From: Armatimonadota bacterium
GTDB lineage: Bacteria; Armatimonadota; SYMT01
Length of the DNA stretch: 64,000 bases
Assembly: GCA_041690135.1 (NCBI GenBank)
Contig: JAWLHY010000018.1
Coordinates: forward strand, 64,001 to 128,000
Reading direction: 5' to 3'
Below, piece after piece: positions 46,725 through 56,462 of the stretch; position 1 is the first letter of the stretch, and every line of letters starts with the position of its first letter. The translations under genes and the position numbers were made by a program. The notes below the pieces were generated by a model. It ran no database searches, was not told the DNA's origin, and saw only the letters and a program-made list of their open reading frames with translations.

Positions 46725-47117
46725 ATGAATGACTTTATTGACCAGCTCTCCGATCGGGTCCGGGTAGAGGGGATCGAGTTCCATGGGTTCCACGGAGTTC
46801 CGGCCGAGGAAAGGGTCCTCGGGCATCGTTATCGGGTCAATCTGGAGCTGGAATTGGATCTCGCGCCCGCGGGTCGGTCCGACGATTTCAGGCTCACGGT
46901 AGACTACGCACAAGCGGCCCGTCTGGTTCTCGAAATTGGAACGGGCCCCTCGGTGCAGTTAGTGGAGACCCTGGCGGAACGGATGGCCGAGCGGTTGCTC
47001 GCTGAGTTCACCCGGGCGGACGCGGTGGTTCTCGAGGTTGCCAAGATCCATCCGCCGGTGCCCTTGCCCATCGGCGCCAGCGTCATCCGGATCCGGAGGG
47101 TGCGCCAGAAGGCGTGA
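46725..47117 (+). CDS. folB: dihydroneopterin aldolase
   Basis: F.G.HGV..EER.LG, SDD...TVDY, LVETLAE, V.K. Confidence 0.93.
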   Translation: MNDFIDQLSDRVRVEGIEFHGFHGVPAEERVLGHRYRVNLELELDLAPAGRSDDFRLTVDYAQAARLVLEIGTGPSVQLVETLAERMAERLLAEFTRADAVVLEVAKIHPPVPLPIGASVIRIRRVRQKA

Positions 47118-47119
47118 GC

Positions 47120-47359
47120 TCAGGCCGCGCGGCCGTCTACCCAATGGGGTTTGCCTTTCATCCGCGCCAACACCCCGGCGGGCACTTCATAGACCTCGTA
47201 CTGCGCGATCCCCTCTTCCCGTGCGAACTGCTCCAGGCGGTCGCGGGTGGTGAAGAAGAGGGGTCCGCTTTCTGTGGCCCCCTCTCCTCTCCGGAACGCT
47301 TCTCGGGTCTCCGGGTTGACGATCATCAGCACGGTCGCTTCGTTTGCAGGTGCGGGCAT
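47120..47359 (-). CDS. small hypothetical protein
   Basis: 79-aa ORF with GGAGGAG RBS. Confidence 0.55.
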   Translation of the reverse strand: MPAPANEATVLMIVNPETREAFRRGEGATESGPLFFTTRDRLEQFAREEGIAQYEVYEVPAGVLARMKGKPHWVDGRAA

Positions 47360-47456
47360 TCGACACTCCTCCAGGACTGCGGCGCGGGCCGCCGGTACGG
47401 CTCTCTCTACTTTACCCGCACTACACCGCTCACGCGGCCTTCCCGGTTGAGCGTTC

Positions 47457-47482
47457 GTTTCTCTTTTCGGTTCGCCGGGTAA
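47457..47482 (+). promoter_or_regulatory. SigB/SigF-type promoter
   Basis: GTTT-N16-GGGTAA, 40 nt before ATG 47522. Confidence 0.6.
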
Positions 47483-47521
47483 CTTTCGGCCAGAGGCCAT
47501 CGAAGTAGGGAGAAGCAAGCG

Positions 47522-48214
47522 ATGAGTAAGTGTGGAGTATGGATCGCGGGCGCGGCGCTGGCACTGGGTCTGAGTGCGCCCGCGAGCGCGCAGTTGATTA
47601 CGAGCATCGGCTACGTGGATCGAATATCGGACGATGGTGGCGGTCTCGTGGTGCGAATGGCGGACCGGATGCGTCATATCACCGTCAATCCCGACGCGGA
47701 AGTGACGATCAATGGGCGCCCCGCTGAACTATCCGACATATCGTATAACGCGCGGGTTCGCATCATGAGTTGGCAAGACCGCGCTAACCGTTTGCATGCC
47801 AATGTCGTGCGGGTGGAGCAGCCGTTTACTGCCACCCGTAGAGCGGGGATTGCTCCCGGTACGGTGATTTCGGGGACCGTGGCCGGACTGTATCCGTCCG
47901 AGAGTGCGGTGCTGCTGCGCACCCGAGTGGGGTTCCGCCAGGTCAACCTGGGTAATGCGCCGGTCCTCCTCAACGGGCGTGCGATCAACTTGCGCGACTT
48001 GGCTCTGGGAGACGAAATTCAGGTCCAGCAGGCTTATCCTCCGGGAGGATTGATTCCGTTGACGGCGTTGACGGTAGTGACAACGCCACAGAGCGTGGCG
48101 GGTTATCGGGCGACTTTCCGCTCCTCGGGGAGCGCCGCGCGGGCACCGATGCCTTCAGCTCCCTTCAGTGGCAATTCAAACCTTTTGCCAGGACCGGTGG
48201 AGCCGCGGTTCTAG
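47522..48214 (+). CDS. secreted protein with two OB-fold-like (DUF5666-like) repeats
   Basis: Signal peptide; repeated G.V......V..NG....L.DL..G..V.V pattern. Confidence 0.6.
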   Translation: MSKCGVWIAGAALALGLSAPASAQLITSIGYVDRISDDGGGLVVRMADRMRHITVNPDAEVTINGRPAELSDISYNARVRIMSWQDRANRLHANVVRVEQPFTATRRAGIAPGTVISGTVAGLYPSESAVLLRTRVGFRQVNLGNAPVLLNGRAINLRDLALGDEIQVQQAYPPGGLIPLTALTVVTTPQSVAGYRATFRSSGSAARAPMPSAPFSGNSNLLPGPVEPRF

Positions 48215-48243
48215 CAGAGGGGGTGGCAATCATTAGCATAATC

Positions 48244-48278
48244 AACGCCGCCCTCCGCAAGTGACGGAGGGCGGCGTT
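48244..48278. terminator. terminator between convergent genes (after grpE)
   Basis: AACGCCGCCCTCCG-CAAGTGA-CGGAGGGCGGCGTT. Confidence 0.75.
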
Positions 48279-48318
48279 TGGATTTATGCGCCGGAAGCCC
48301 GGTTCACTCGCCTGCCGG

Positions 48319-48906
48319 TCAGCTGGAGGTCACCTTGACTAGCGGCGGCCGGATAACGCGATCGTTTAGTTTGTAACCGGCCCGGAGTTCTTCCACTACC
48401 TGGTTCGGCTCCTGACCTTCCTGGGGCTCCACCTGCATAATCGCCTCGTGCAGGTTGGGATCGAACGACTGTCCCACGGACTCGATCCGCTCCAGCCCCT
48501 GGCGCGTGACCACATCCATCAGTTGGCGATGAATCTGGGCCACGCCGCTCTTCAGCCCCTCGATGTCGGAGAACTGCTCCGCCGCTTCCAGGGCGCGGGT
48601 AAAGTTGTCCAACACGGGAAGGAGATCGGTAATGAACCGTTCGTTGGAGCGGCTGATGGCATCTTCCGCGTCCCGCGCCGCGCGGCGGCGAACGTTTTCC
48701 ATCTCCGCCACGGCCCGGAGACAGCGATCTCGCCAGTCATTCACCTCGGCTTCGAGTTGGGCGATCCGGTCACCCTGCGCCTGGCCATCCGCTGACTGGC
48801 CAGACTGATCCTGCGGTGCATCGACGGCGGCGTCTTCTTCCGCGGTCTCCTGCGAAGCCTCTTCGGCGCGAATTTCTTCTTCTGCAGCGTCCCGTTTCCG
48901 CGGCAT
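48319..48906 (-). CDS. grpE: nucleotide exchange factor GrpE
   Basis: R..AE.EN.RRR, LLPVLDNF.RA, FDPNLHEA, GY.L..RV.RP..V.V. Confidence 0.96.
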   Translation of the reverse strand: MPRKRDAAEEEIRAEEASQETAEEDAAVDAPQDQSGQSADGQAQGDRIAQLEAEVNDWRDRCLRAVAEMENVRRRAARDAEDAISRSNERFITDLLPVLDNFTRALEAAEQFSDIEGLKSGVAQIHRQLMDVVTRQGLERIESVGQSFDPNLHEAIMQVEPQEGQEPNQVVEELRAGYKLNDRVIRPPLVKVTSS

Positions 48907-49098
48907 GCTCAAAAACCTCGTTCTCTACGCATCAACCGGGGTCAGGCCCACCGGCCTTCCCCATGATACCTCAATGACTGCCGCTGCGGAGGGTACCTGC
49001 GCCCGCAGAGTTCCCTCCACGAGGCTGCACTCGCTCGAAAGTAGCTGGTTGGGCGTATCGCCCGCTCCTACCAGGGTCCCAAAGCGAATCGCCGGCGC

Positions 49099-50127
49099 CT
49101 ACTCGCAGCCGAGGCGCGTCAGGGTCTCGGACAGCAACCGGGCGGCATACTGGACCGCCGGTACTGCCTGAGCGTAGTGCATCCGGGTGGGGCCCAGCAC
49201 CCCGACCCAGCCGTGAAGGCGGGTACCTGCCGAATACCGCGCAGCCACGACGCTTACTTCCTGCATCGCCTCGTGCGGGTTCTCGTGGCCGATACTCACC
49301 GTCAGGTTCTGATCCTCCAGCAACTGCTGCAGCGTTTCGAAGGCGGTCTTTCGTTCTTCCAGGAATCGGACCAAAGGTTCAAGCTTGTTGGAGTCTCGGA
49401 ACTCCGGTTGTTCCAGCATGCGGCTGGCGCCGTCAAGAAAGAGATCGCCATCCTCTCCGGCCACGCCCCGGGCAATCAGGTTCAGCACCAGTTTGACCAG
49501 TTCGGCGTTGACCGGCACTTCCTCGATCGGGAGGGCCACCTGGCTAACACGGCTGACAGAGACCTCCCGCAACAGCGTATCGACCAGGTTGCCCAGGCGA
49601 GTTACCTCCACGGGCGACAACACCCACGGCAATTCGGTGAACCGGTGGATTACCTGTCCACTGTCGAGAATAATGACGGCCAAAACCCGATTGGGCGCCA
49701 CCTGGACGACGTTAACCTGGCGGATGACGGGTTCTCCGGCGGCGGGTGGTGTCGCCACGGAGGTGTAGCGGGTGAGGCTGGAGAGTACCCGGCAGGTCTG
49801 GGTCAGCAGTTGCTCGAGGTCGCCCTCGCTGAACTTCTGCGCACCCCGCAGGGCGCGCACGTCCGCCGGTGGCAGCCGGTCCCACGTCATCAGGTGGTCG
49901 ACGTAATAACGGTAGCCCAGATCCGACGGGATGCGGCCGGCCGACGTATGCGGTTGCCGCAAGTAGCCGAGCTCGGTCATCTCCGAGAGCTCGTTCCGGA
50001 TAGTCGCCGAACGTACTCCCAGGGCCTCATAGGATGCCAGGAACTGAGACCCCACGGGCTCCGCCTTCTCGACGTACCGGATGACAATCGCCTGGAGGAG
50101 TGCCTGTTTGCGTCGATCGAGCTGCAT
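49099..50127 (-). CDS. hrcA: heat-inducible transcription repressor HrcA
   Basis: PVGS, SATIRNE, QPHTSAGRIPSD.GYRYYVD, GVLGPTRM.Y. Confidence 0.97.
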   Translation of the reverse strand: MQLDRRKQALLQAIVIRYVEKAEPVGSQFLASYEALGVRSATIRNELSEMTELGYLRQPHTSAGRIPSDLGYRYYVDHLMTWDRLPPADVRALRGAQKFSEGDLEQLLTQTCRVLSSLTRYTSVATPPAAGEPVIRQVNVVQVAPNRVLAVIILDSGQVIHRFTELPWVLSPVEVTRLGNLVDTLLREVSVSRVSQVALPIEEVPVNAELVKLVLNLIARGVAGEDGDLFLDGASRMLEQPEFRDSNKLEPLVRFLEERKTAFETLQQLLEDQNLTVSIGHENPHEAMQEVSVVAARYSAGTRLHGWVGVLGPTRMHYAQAVPAVQYAARLLSETLTRLGCE

Positions 50128-50229
50128 GGCCCCTACTCTCTTACTGCACTAACGAGGAGTCAAAGGTCACTTCCGGCCCTGTTTTGGCCGCCAAAATCGA
50201 GGCACTTCGTGCCTGAGTTTAATGAAATA

Positions 50230-50256
50230 TTAGCACTCGCTGTCCACGAGTGTCAA
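50230..50256 (-). promoter_or_regulatory. CIRCE element overlapping hrcA promoter
   Basis: TTAGCACTC-N9-GAGTGTCAA; on the minus strand the arm begins with TTGACA (-35) and is followed by TAATAT. Confidence 0.92.
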
Positions 50257-50442
50257 TGTTCCCTTGCCATACGAAAGAGCTTGCAACTGCGGGTCGATGG
50301 GTTACTACCCGCTCGCCGGGCGCGTGTAACCCTGGCGGGCAGTACGCCGGCAGGCAGTACACCGACGGAACGCGTGTGTTTCCGACGGTTTCGGGAAAAC
50401 AAGCGAGAACAGAGTGGGACTGAGGAATCTTGAGGTCAACCC

Positions 50443-50679
50443 ATGGAGCACGATCGCCTGGTGACGGTACGGAGTTACGACAATCCCATCGAGGCGCACC
50501 TTGCCCGCTCCTTTCTGGAAGCGGCGGACATCCAGTCGTTCCTCATGGACGAGCAGATTATAGGCGTCCACCCCGGCCTGAATGTAGCGGTGGGAGGCGT
50601 CAAGCTTCAGGTGGCGGCAGAAGACTTTGAAGAGGCTGCCCGGCTGCTGGAACAGGGATGGGAAGACCCGACGGGCTAG
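50443..50679 (+). CDS. DUF2007 (putative signal transducing) protein
   Basis: EA.LA...LE...I.....DE, GGV.LQV..ED.E.A. Confidence 0.85.
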   Translation: MEHDRLVTVRSYDNPIEAHLARSFLEAADIQSFLMDEQIIGVHPGLNVAVGGVKLQVAAEDFEEAARLLEQGWEDPTG

Positions 50680-50899
50680 AACAATTCGCGGATCGGGGCA
50701 CCAGGATGGACTCGGGGTGCCGGCCGCCCCTAGCGGGGACCGGCTTCCTGTACTTCCAGCATCCCTTCTCCTCACCCGTGATCGCAATCCCTAGGGAAAC
50801 CAATGAGCTTCTGGCACTACGGTTGGGAGTGGAGAACATGCCACAAGTGGCACCCATTTGCCGGGTAGATCATACTTATGCCAGAAGGGGGAGACGGAT

Positions 50900-52258
50900 A
50901 TGCAGGTGGCAGACTGGCAGGCACTCGACTCGGCAATCCTGGCGCAGATGGAGCAGCGGCATATCCCAGGCGCTTCGGTGGCGGTGGTGGAACGCGGAAG
51001 CGTCACTTACGTTCGTGGGTACGGGCAGGCGAACCTGGAGTGGGGAATCCCGGCCCAACCCGACACCGCCTTTGAAATCGCCTCGGTCACCAAGCCATTC
51101 ACCGCAACTGGGGTCATGCTGTTGGCGACGGATGGAAAGCTGGACCTCGACGATCCAATAACGCGGTATCTTCCGGAACTGCCCTCCGCTTACGCCAGCG
51201 TTGTTGTGCGCCGGCTCCTCTCCCATACCGCGGGGGTGATCCGCGATGGGATGGACGGTTACTGGAAAGCTCCTCCGGCCATCGCCCGGGACTACTCGCG
51301 CGAGGAGATGCTGGAGCTTATCGGTGCAGCCTCTCTCTGCTTCTCACCGGGTGATAAGTATGCCTACAGTAATAGTGGTTACTTCCTGCTGGGTCTGGTG
51401 ATCGAGCTTCTCTCCGGCGAGAGCTATTCCGATTTTATGTCCCGGCGTCTCTTCGGGCCGCTGGGGATGGAGGATACCCGACCGGCTACACGTCGGGATC
51501 TCCTGCCGCGTCGGGCTGCCGGATACTCTTGGGAAGAGGGCGCCTATCGGAATGCCCCCTACTGTGGCCTGACGCACCACTTCTCCAACGGCGGCCTGGC
51601 TTCCACGGTCCTCGATCTGGCGCGCTGGGATGCCGCCCTCTCCAGCGACCGTCTTCTTCCGCAGATGGTCTGGCTGGAGATGTGGACGCCGGTCTGCCTG
51701 AACGACGGCACCGAGGCGGTTTCGGGCCGGGATGCGCTGGGGCTGGGCCAACCTTCCCACACCGGCCTGGGATGGGGGCTTTCCGGCTATCGAGGGCATC
51801 GCACCGTCGGTCACTCCGGAGCGCTGCCGGGTTACACCTCGCAGTTCACCCGCTATCCGGACGACGGAGTTACGATCATTGTGCTCTGTAACAACTGGGC
51901 CGGGGAAGATGGGCGGAACCACGCCCCCACCCTCGCCCGGACGGTGGCCGATCACTGTGTGCCGGACCTGGCGCCGCTTACACCTGCCGAGTTGGCCGCG
52001 TTGGCGTACTGGGAGCAGGACTTCCCGGAAGCAGCCCGGCGTTACGTGGATCTCCTGGACGGGGGGGAAGCCAACCCGGAAGCGGCCTATAATGCCGCGC
52101 GCTGTTTCGCGCGCGCCGGCGACGCGGGCGAAGCGTTTGTTTACCTTCGCAGAGCGCGTGATCAGGGAATGACCGACGGGAGCCGCGCCGCGGAAGAGAA
52201 GGACTTCGAGTCGCTGCGCGCCGACCCACGCTGGGCGGAACTGGAGAGCGTGGAGTAA
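50900..52258 (+). CDS. serine hydrolase (beta-lactamase class C/AmpC-like) with C-terminal TPR
   Basis: IASVTK (SxxK), LLSHTAG, YSN, GHSG; YN.A.C.A..G....A..YL. Confidence 0.9.
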   Translation: MQVADWQALDSAILAQMEQRHIPGASVAVVERGSVTYVRGYGQANLEWGIPAQPDTAFEIASVTKPFTATGVMLLATDGKLDLDDPITRYLPELPSAYASVVVRRLLSHTAGVIRDGMDGYWKAPPAIARDYSREEMLELIGAASLCFSPGDKYAYSNSGYFLLGLVIELLSGESYSDFMSRRLFGPLGMEDTRPATRRDLLPRRAAGYSWEEGAYRNAPYCGLTHHFSNGGLASTVLDLARWDAALSSDRLLPQMVWLEMWTPVCLNDGTEAVSGRDALGLGQPSHTGLGWGLSGYRGHRTVGHSGALPGYTSQFTRYPDDGVTIIVLCNNWAGEDGRNHAPTLARTVADHCVPDLAPLTPAELAALAYWEQDFPEAARRYVDLLDGGEANPEAAYNAARCFARAGDAGEAFVYLRRARDQGMTDGSRAAEEKDFESLRADPRWAELESVE

Positions 52259-52269
52259 GCAGCGGGCCG

Positions 52270-55200
52270 CTACGCCAACTCTGCTCCATCGACTGCTGGC
52301 TCGGCTTTCTTTCCTTCTTCTACCTGGGCGCGCAGATAGGCGAGGATGAAGGGATCGATCATGCCGTCTTTCAGCACGGTATCGGGACGGCCGGTGCGGG
52401 TATCGGTCCGCGGGTCGCGCACGGAAGGGTGACGCCCGGTGCTGTAGGTTCGTACGACCTCCGAAAGCGCCGTCTCTTCGCTCGCCATCTGGGCGGGGGA
52501 AGACAGCAGTCCGCCCAAAACAGAGCGGACGGCCTCCGGGCTCGGATCTTCCAACGGCTCATGCACGGCGTAAACCCGGACCCTCGCCAGATTCCGCTGC
52601 CGGGCTTCACCGTTGTTCTCGGTGAAGCGGTGGAGTCCTTCCTCGCTCCGTAGAAACTCGTAGACGTGCGTTCCCCGGACGTAAAGTGATGGCCCTCGGT
52701 CCGCCATGCCGTTCCCCGCCCGCGAAGGGTTCTCGGCGTCCGGGATCTCCAGCAAGTGACACTCGTAACCCTTACGCTCTGCCCACTGGCGGTACATTCT
52801 CGCGAGGCGTGCCGCCCACGGTTCGGCCTCCGCACCTAACGGCAGAATCCGGATGAGGGCCCGGTCGTTCCGCTCGCCGACCGCGGTGGCCGCCATCTCG
52901 ATCTCCAGGTAGGTCAGGTCGTCGCCAAGGCGGCTCACCGCTTCGGAACATTCGAGGAGTTCCCGGCGGTCCTTCTGCCGGCGCAATGCACCGGACTTTT
53001 CCTCCAGGCGCTCGACCCGCTCGAGGAGAACATCCACGCGACGCAGCACTCGCTCGATCCGGTACACCCGGCGCAGCAGGTCGCGCGCGGCCACGGGCTC
53101 GTCCCAAAAGCTGGGCTCGCGGGTCCGCTCCAGCAGGGTGGAGACCTCCTCCCGGAGACTCTCGCCTCTCCGGCCGTGTTGCAGGTCGTCGATGCGGGCA
53201 TGCAGCCCGGCGAGGGTCTGCTGAATCTCGACCAACCCGGTTTCCAGGCGACGCTCGGACCGAGATAGGGTGGCGACAGGCGGTTCGGCTCCCGGTTCCG
53301 GTTCGATCCGGTTCAGGATCAACTCGATCTCGCCGTCGCGAAGCGTGAACCGCAGCAGGTGTTGGCTGGTCGCGCGCTGCTCCACCAGTACCTGCGCCAG
53401 TGGCAGGATGACGGCCCGCTCGATTTCCCGCTTGAGGGGGCGAGCGCCGTAAAGGGGATGGAAGCCACGCGCCGCCAGCCGATCGATAACGGTGTCGTCG
53501 ATCTCCACCAGCAGTTCGCGTCGTACGATCCCCTCTCGCATCAGGAGTTTCCCCAACTCGCGGCGGGTGATGCGGCGGATCGCCTCTTCGGATAGGGGGC
53601 GAAACGCCACGATCCGATCGATCCGGTTGAAGAATTCGGGTCGGAAGAAGGCTTCGGCCTCGCGGATGAAATGGGACTCCAGTTGATGAGGGTTGCCCGT
53701 GCCCTCGGCGAAGCCCAGAGGCCGGAGTTGGCGTTGACCGGCCCCGAGGTTCGAGGTCATGACCACGATCGCATTGCGGAAATCAGCGGTACGGCCCCCG
53801 GCGTCGGTGAGCCGTCCTTCACCCAGGACGCTCAGCAGCACGTCGAAGACCTCCGGGTGGGCCTTTTCGATCTCGTCGAGCAAGACCACGCAGAACGGCT
53901 GCTCGCGCACCTTCCGGGTCAGTTCTCCGGCTTCGGCCTTCCAGGCAGACCCAATAAGACGCGGCACGGCATCCAGCGAAGAGTACTCGCTCATGTCGAA
54001 GCGCAGCATGCGATCCCGGCTGCCGAAGAGGTACTCCGCCAGCACCTTCGCCATTTCCGTTTTGCCGACGCCGGTAGGCCCGACGAAGAAGAAGCTCCCC
54101 AGCGGCTTCTGCGGATCGTTCAACCCGGCCTTCAGAACGGTGACCAACCCGGTCATGGCCTCCACGGCATCCGGTTGGCCGAGCAGCCGATCCTCGAAAT
54201 GCGCGCGAACCTCCGCCACCGGAAGCGGGACCTCATCGGAGAGCAGAAACTCCGGCAGGCCGGTGGAACGTGCGAACCCCCGGATGGCTTCGGTGCGGCC
54301 CAATTCGCGGGGTGCACCCTCGCCGCCCGCACCGGCGGCCAGATCGCTGGTAAGCTGGTCCAGATAGCGGACTGCCTTGCCGGGGAACGCACGGTAAGGG
54401 AGATAACGGCGGGTGAGATCACAAATACTCGTCAGTGCGGCTGGCTGAATCTTGACCGGCAATTCCTGTTCCAGGCGTAGCGCGGTAGCCTGCAGAATGG
54501 CGAGGGTATCCGCTTCGCCGGTTTCGGACACCTCGATCTTCCGGAAGGCGTGAATGAAGCTGGGCTCGCGTCGCAGTTCGGCGGCGTAAGCTTCGGGCGA
54601 ACACTCGCAAATCAGCGTGATCTCCCGGCTCTCCATGTATGGTCGCAAATACCGGCCGAGGTTGCTGTCGCTATCCTCGCAGCGACCGGCGTTCAGGATC
54701 TCGTTCGGATCCCCCATGTAGACGATCTGGCGCCCCCGGGAGACCTGACGCACGAGAGCCTGTGCTCGACCCTGCCATTCGCCGTAGTACTTCATCCCGG
54801 CAATCAGGTTGTTGCCGGTCACGCTCCAGAGGGCGCGGTCGCGGAGCGCCTCCGGGACCTCTCCCCTGCTCAGCCGGCGGGCCAACTCGTTGACCAGGGC
54901 CGTTTTCCCGGCGTCCGGAGGGCCTACCAGCAGCAGCCCGCCGCAGCGTCCGGAAGCCAGCGCGGTGAGCATCCGGTCCAGTAGCTCCTCGCGGCGGTCC
55001 GCACCGCCCAGCCGCCCACCGGCCGCCTGAGCGGTGAGGTCCGTGCCGCAGATGGTGAGGACATCTTCCCCCTCCTCCTGGTCCGAGTCAGAGAGGTCAG
55101 CGTCATCATCGTCTTCATCCTCCTCGCCGGGAGATGGGGCGGGTAAGGCCAGCGTGATGGCTTCCAGTGAGTCCGGTTCCGCCTGGTTCAGCCGGAAGAG

Positions 55201-55629
55201 CTTTGCAGGCTTGCATGCCGCCAGTTGTTCCGTGAGATGGCGCCGTGCCTCCGGCTCAACCCGGTCGCGGTCCGGAACGAGGAGCTGCAGGCGTTTGAAG
55301 TCGGGAGCCGTGACGAGATAGAGACTGTCCTCGCCGCGGGGTTGGCGGGCGACCAGCAGCGTTACCGGAACCTGGCAGCGTTTCCCCTTCTCCCCGCCGG
55401 GAAGCGCTGCATCGAGGTGGAGCGTGCGGAGCTCCAACTCCGGATGGAGTTGGAGTTGGCCCCAACTGGAGCGATCCCGCCAGCGGATCTGATCGTCCAG
55501 CTCGCTCCGGATTGCCCGGAGCGCGGTTTCGCGGTCCGGTTCGAAAGCGGTGACGTTGGGAATACCGACCACCTCGGCGTAGACCCCACCGGAACGGGGA
55601 CGGAGTAGAACGTAGAGCTGGAGATCCAT
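52270..55629 (-). CDS. ClpA/B-family double AAA+ ATPase fused to RF2-like (PCRF) domain lacking GGQ
   Basis: GPPDAGKT; GPTGVGKTE, FDMSEY, LLDEIEKAH, GRLTD, FRPEFFNRID, YGARPLKR; then FWD, MY.QWAE..G, L..E.G.HR, VRTY, V.DPRT. Confidence 0.88.
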   Translation of the reverse strand: MDLQLYVLLRPRSGGVYAEVVGIPNVTAFEPDRETALRAIRSELDDQIRWRDRSSWGQLQLHPELELRTLHLDAALPGGEKGKRCQVPVTLLVARQPRGEDSLYLVTAPDFKRLQLLVPDRDRVEPEARRHLTEQLAACKPAKLFRLNQAEPDSLEAITLALPAPSPGEEDEDDDDADLSDSDQEEGEDVLTICGTDLTAQAAGGRLGGADRREELLDRMLTALASGRCGGLLLVGPPDAGKTALVNELARRLSRGEVPEALRDRALWSVTGNNLIAGMKYYGEWQGRAQALVRQVSRGRQIVYMGDPNEILNAGRCEDSDSNLGRYLRPYMESREITLICECSPEAYAAELRREPSFIHAFRKIEVSETGEADTLAILQATALRLEQELPVKIQPAALTSICDLTRRYLPYRAFPGKAVRYLDQLTSDLAAGAGGEGAPRELGRTEAIRGFARSTGLPEFLLSDEVPLPVAEVRAHFEDRLLGQPDAVEAMTGLVTVLKAGLNDPQKPLGSFFFVGPTGVGKTEMAKVLAEYLFGSRDRMLRFDMSEYSSLDAVPRLIGSAWKAEAGELTRKVREQPFCVVLLDEIEKAHPEVFDVLLSVLGEGRLTDAGGRTADFRNAIVVMTSNLGAGQRQLRPLGFAEGTGNPHQLESHFIREAEAFFRPEFFNRIDRIVAFRPLSEEAIRRITRRELGKLLMREGIVRRELLVEIDDTVIDRLAARGFHPLYGARPLKREIERAVILPLAQVLVEQRATSQHLLRFTLRDGEIELILNRIEPEPGAEPPVATLSRSERRLETGLVEIQQTLAGLHARIDDLQHGRRGESLREEVSTLLERTREPSFWDEPVAARDLLRRVYRIERVLRRVDVLLERVERLEEKSGALRRQKDRRELLECSEAVSRLGDDLTYLEIEMAATAVGERNDRALIRILPLGAEAEPWAARLARMYRQWAERKGYECHLLEIPDAENPSRAGNGMADRGPSLYVRGTHVYEFLRSEEGLHRFTENNGEARQRNLARVRVYAVHEPLEDPSPEAVRSVLGGLLSSPAQMASEETALSEVVRTYSTGRHPSVRDPRTDTRTGRPDTVLKDGMIDPFILAYLRAQVEEGKKAEPAVDGAELA

Positions 55630-55710
55630 AGCAGTGTTGGGGAATGCAACCGTTGGGAGTGGTCGTTACAGGTTCGATCCGGCAGTGCCTTATGCCTTCA
55701 GGCGGCTCCC

Positions 55711-56430
55711 ATGCCAACCGTTCTTCCACGGGGCGCATTCTATGGATATCCTGCTATGGATATCCTGATGGGAACTTCCCGGTTCCGGCGGAGGCCGGCG
55801 GAGGACAGCGCGATGTTGATGTGGATTTCCGGGTTCCTGCTGGTGCCCACCTTTCAAGATTGGTGCGGGATTCCTCTCCTGGTGGTGGGTACGGCGTTGT
55901 TGTTCTTATGGGGCACCCAATGGAGGCGCCCGGAGGGAGTGGCCAGCCTGGGGGCGACGCGTGCCTGGATCGTGGGGTTGGGTGCCGAGGAACTGCTGGT
56001 AGGAGCCCTTACAGGATTGCCCGCCGGAATCTCCACCGCATGGCCATGGTTTCTGGCGATCCCTATTCCGTGGTGGGTGGGGCCCGCACTGCTCCTTTTC
56101 GGACTTTCGCTGTTGGCTGCCGCGGCTATTGAGGTGATGCCGCCTGAGTGGCTGCTGCCGGTGCGCGGCCGCTGGGCGCGCCTCCTGGGCGCCTGCCTCG
56201 GAACGATAGCCCTGTTCGCGGTGAGCCCCTGCTGGGTCTTCCTGGCGCTCCTCTGGAAGGGCGCCCCCTGGACCCTCGATCCGGTCCAGCTGCTTGCGGC
56301 GCGGGCGGCCACCCTGGTCCTGGGAACGGTTGTTCTGTTGTATACGGGGAGCTTCGTGAGGGCCTTTCACGCCGTGGGAGCGCGCCACCCCTTCCGCACC
56401 CCTCCAGGCGGCCTGGCGGTAGGATCTTAA
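55711..56430 (+). CDS. hypothetical integral membrane protein (start uncertain)
   Basis: About 6 hydrophobic segments. Confidence 0.5.
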   Translation: MPTVLPRGAFYGYPAMDILMGTSRFRRRPAEDSAMLMWISGFLLVPTFQDWCGIPLLVVGTALLFLWGTQWRRPEGVASLGATRAWIVGLGAEELLVGALTGLPAGISTAWPWFLAIPIPWWVGPALLLFGLSLLAAAAIEVMPPEWLLPVRGRWARLLGACLGTIALFAVSPCWVFLALLWKGAPWTLDPVQLLAARAATLVLGTVVLLYTGSFVRAFHAVGARHPFRTPPGGLAVGS

Positions 56431-56462
56431 GGGGTGTGCCAGCCGCTCGTCGCTCGCGTTGC

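Noticed and set aside
52270-53250. Genuine prfB with programmed frameshift
   Set aside because: No GGQ or SPF, no separate start or CTT-TGA shift site seen; the region is in frame with the Clp ATPase.
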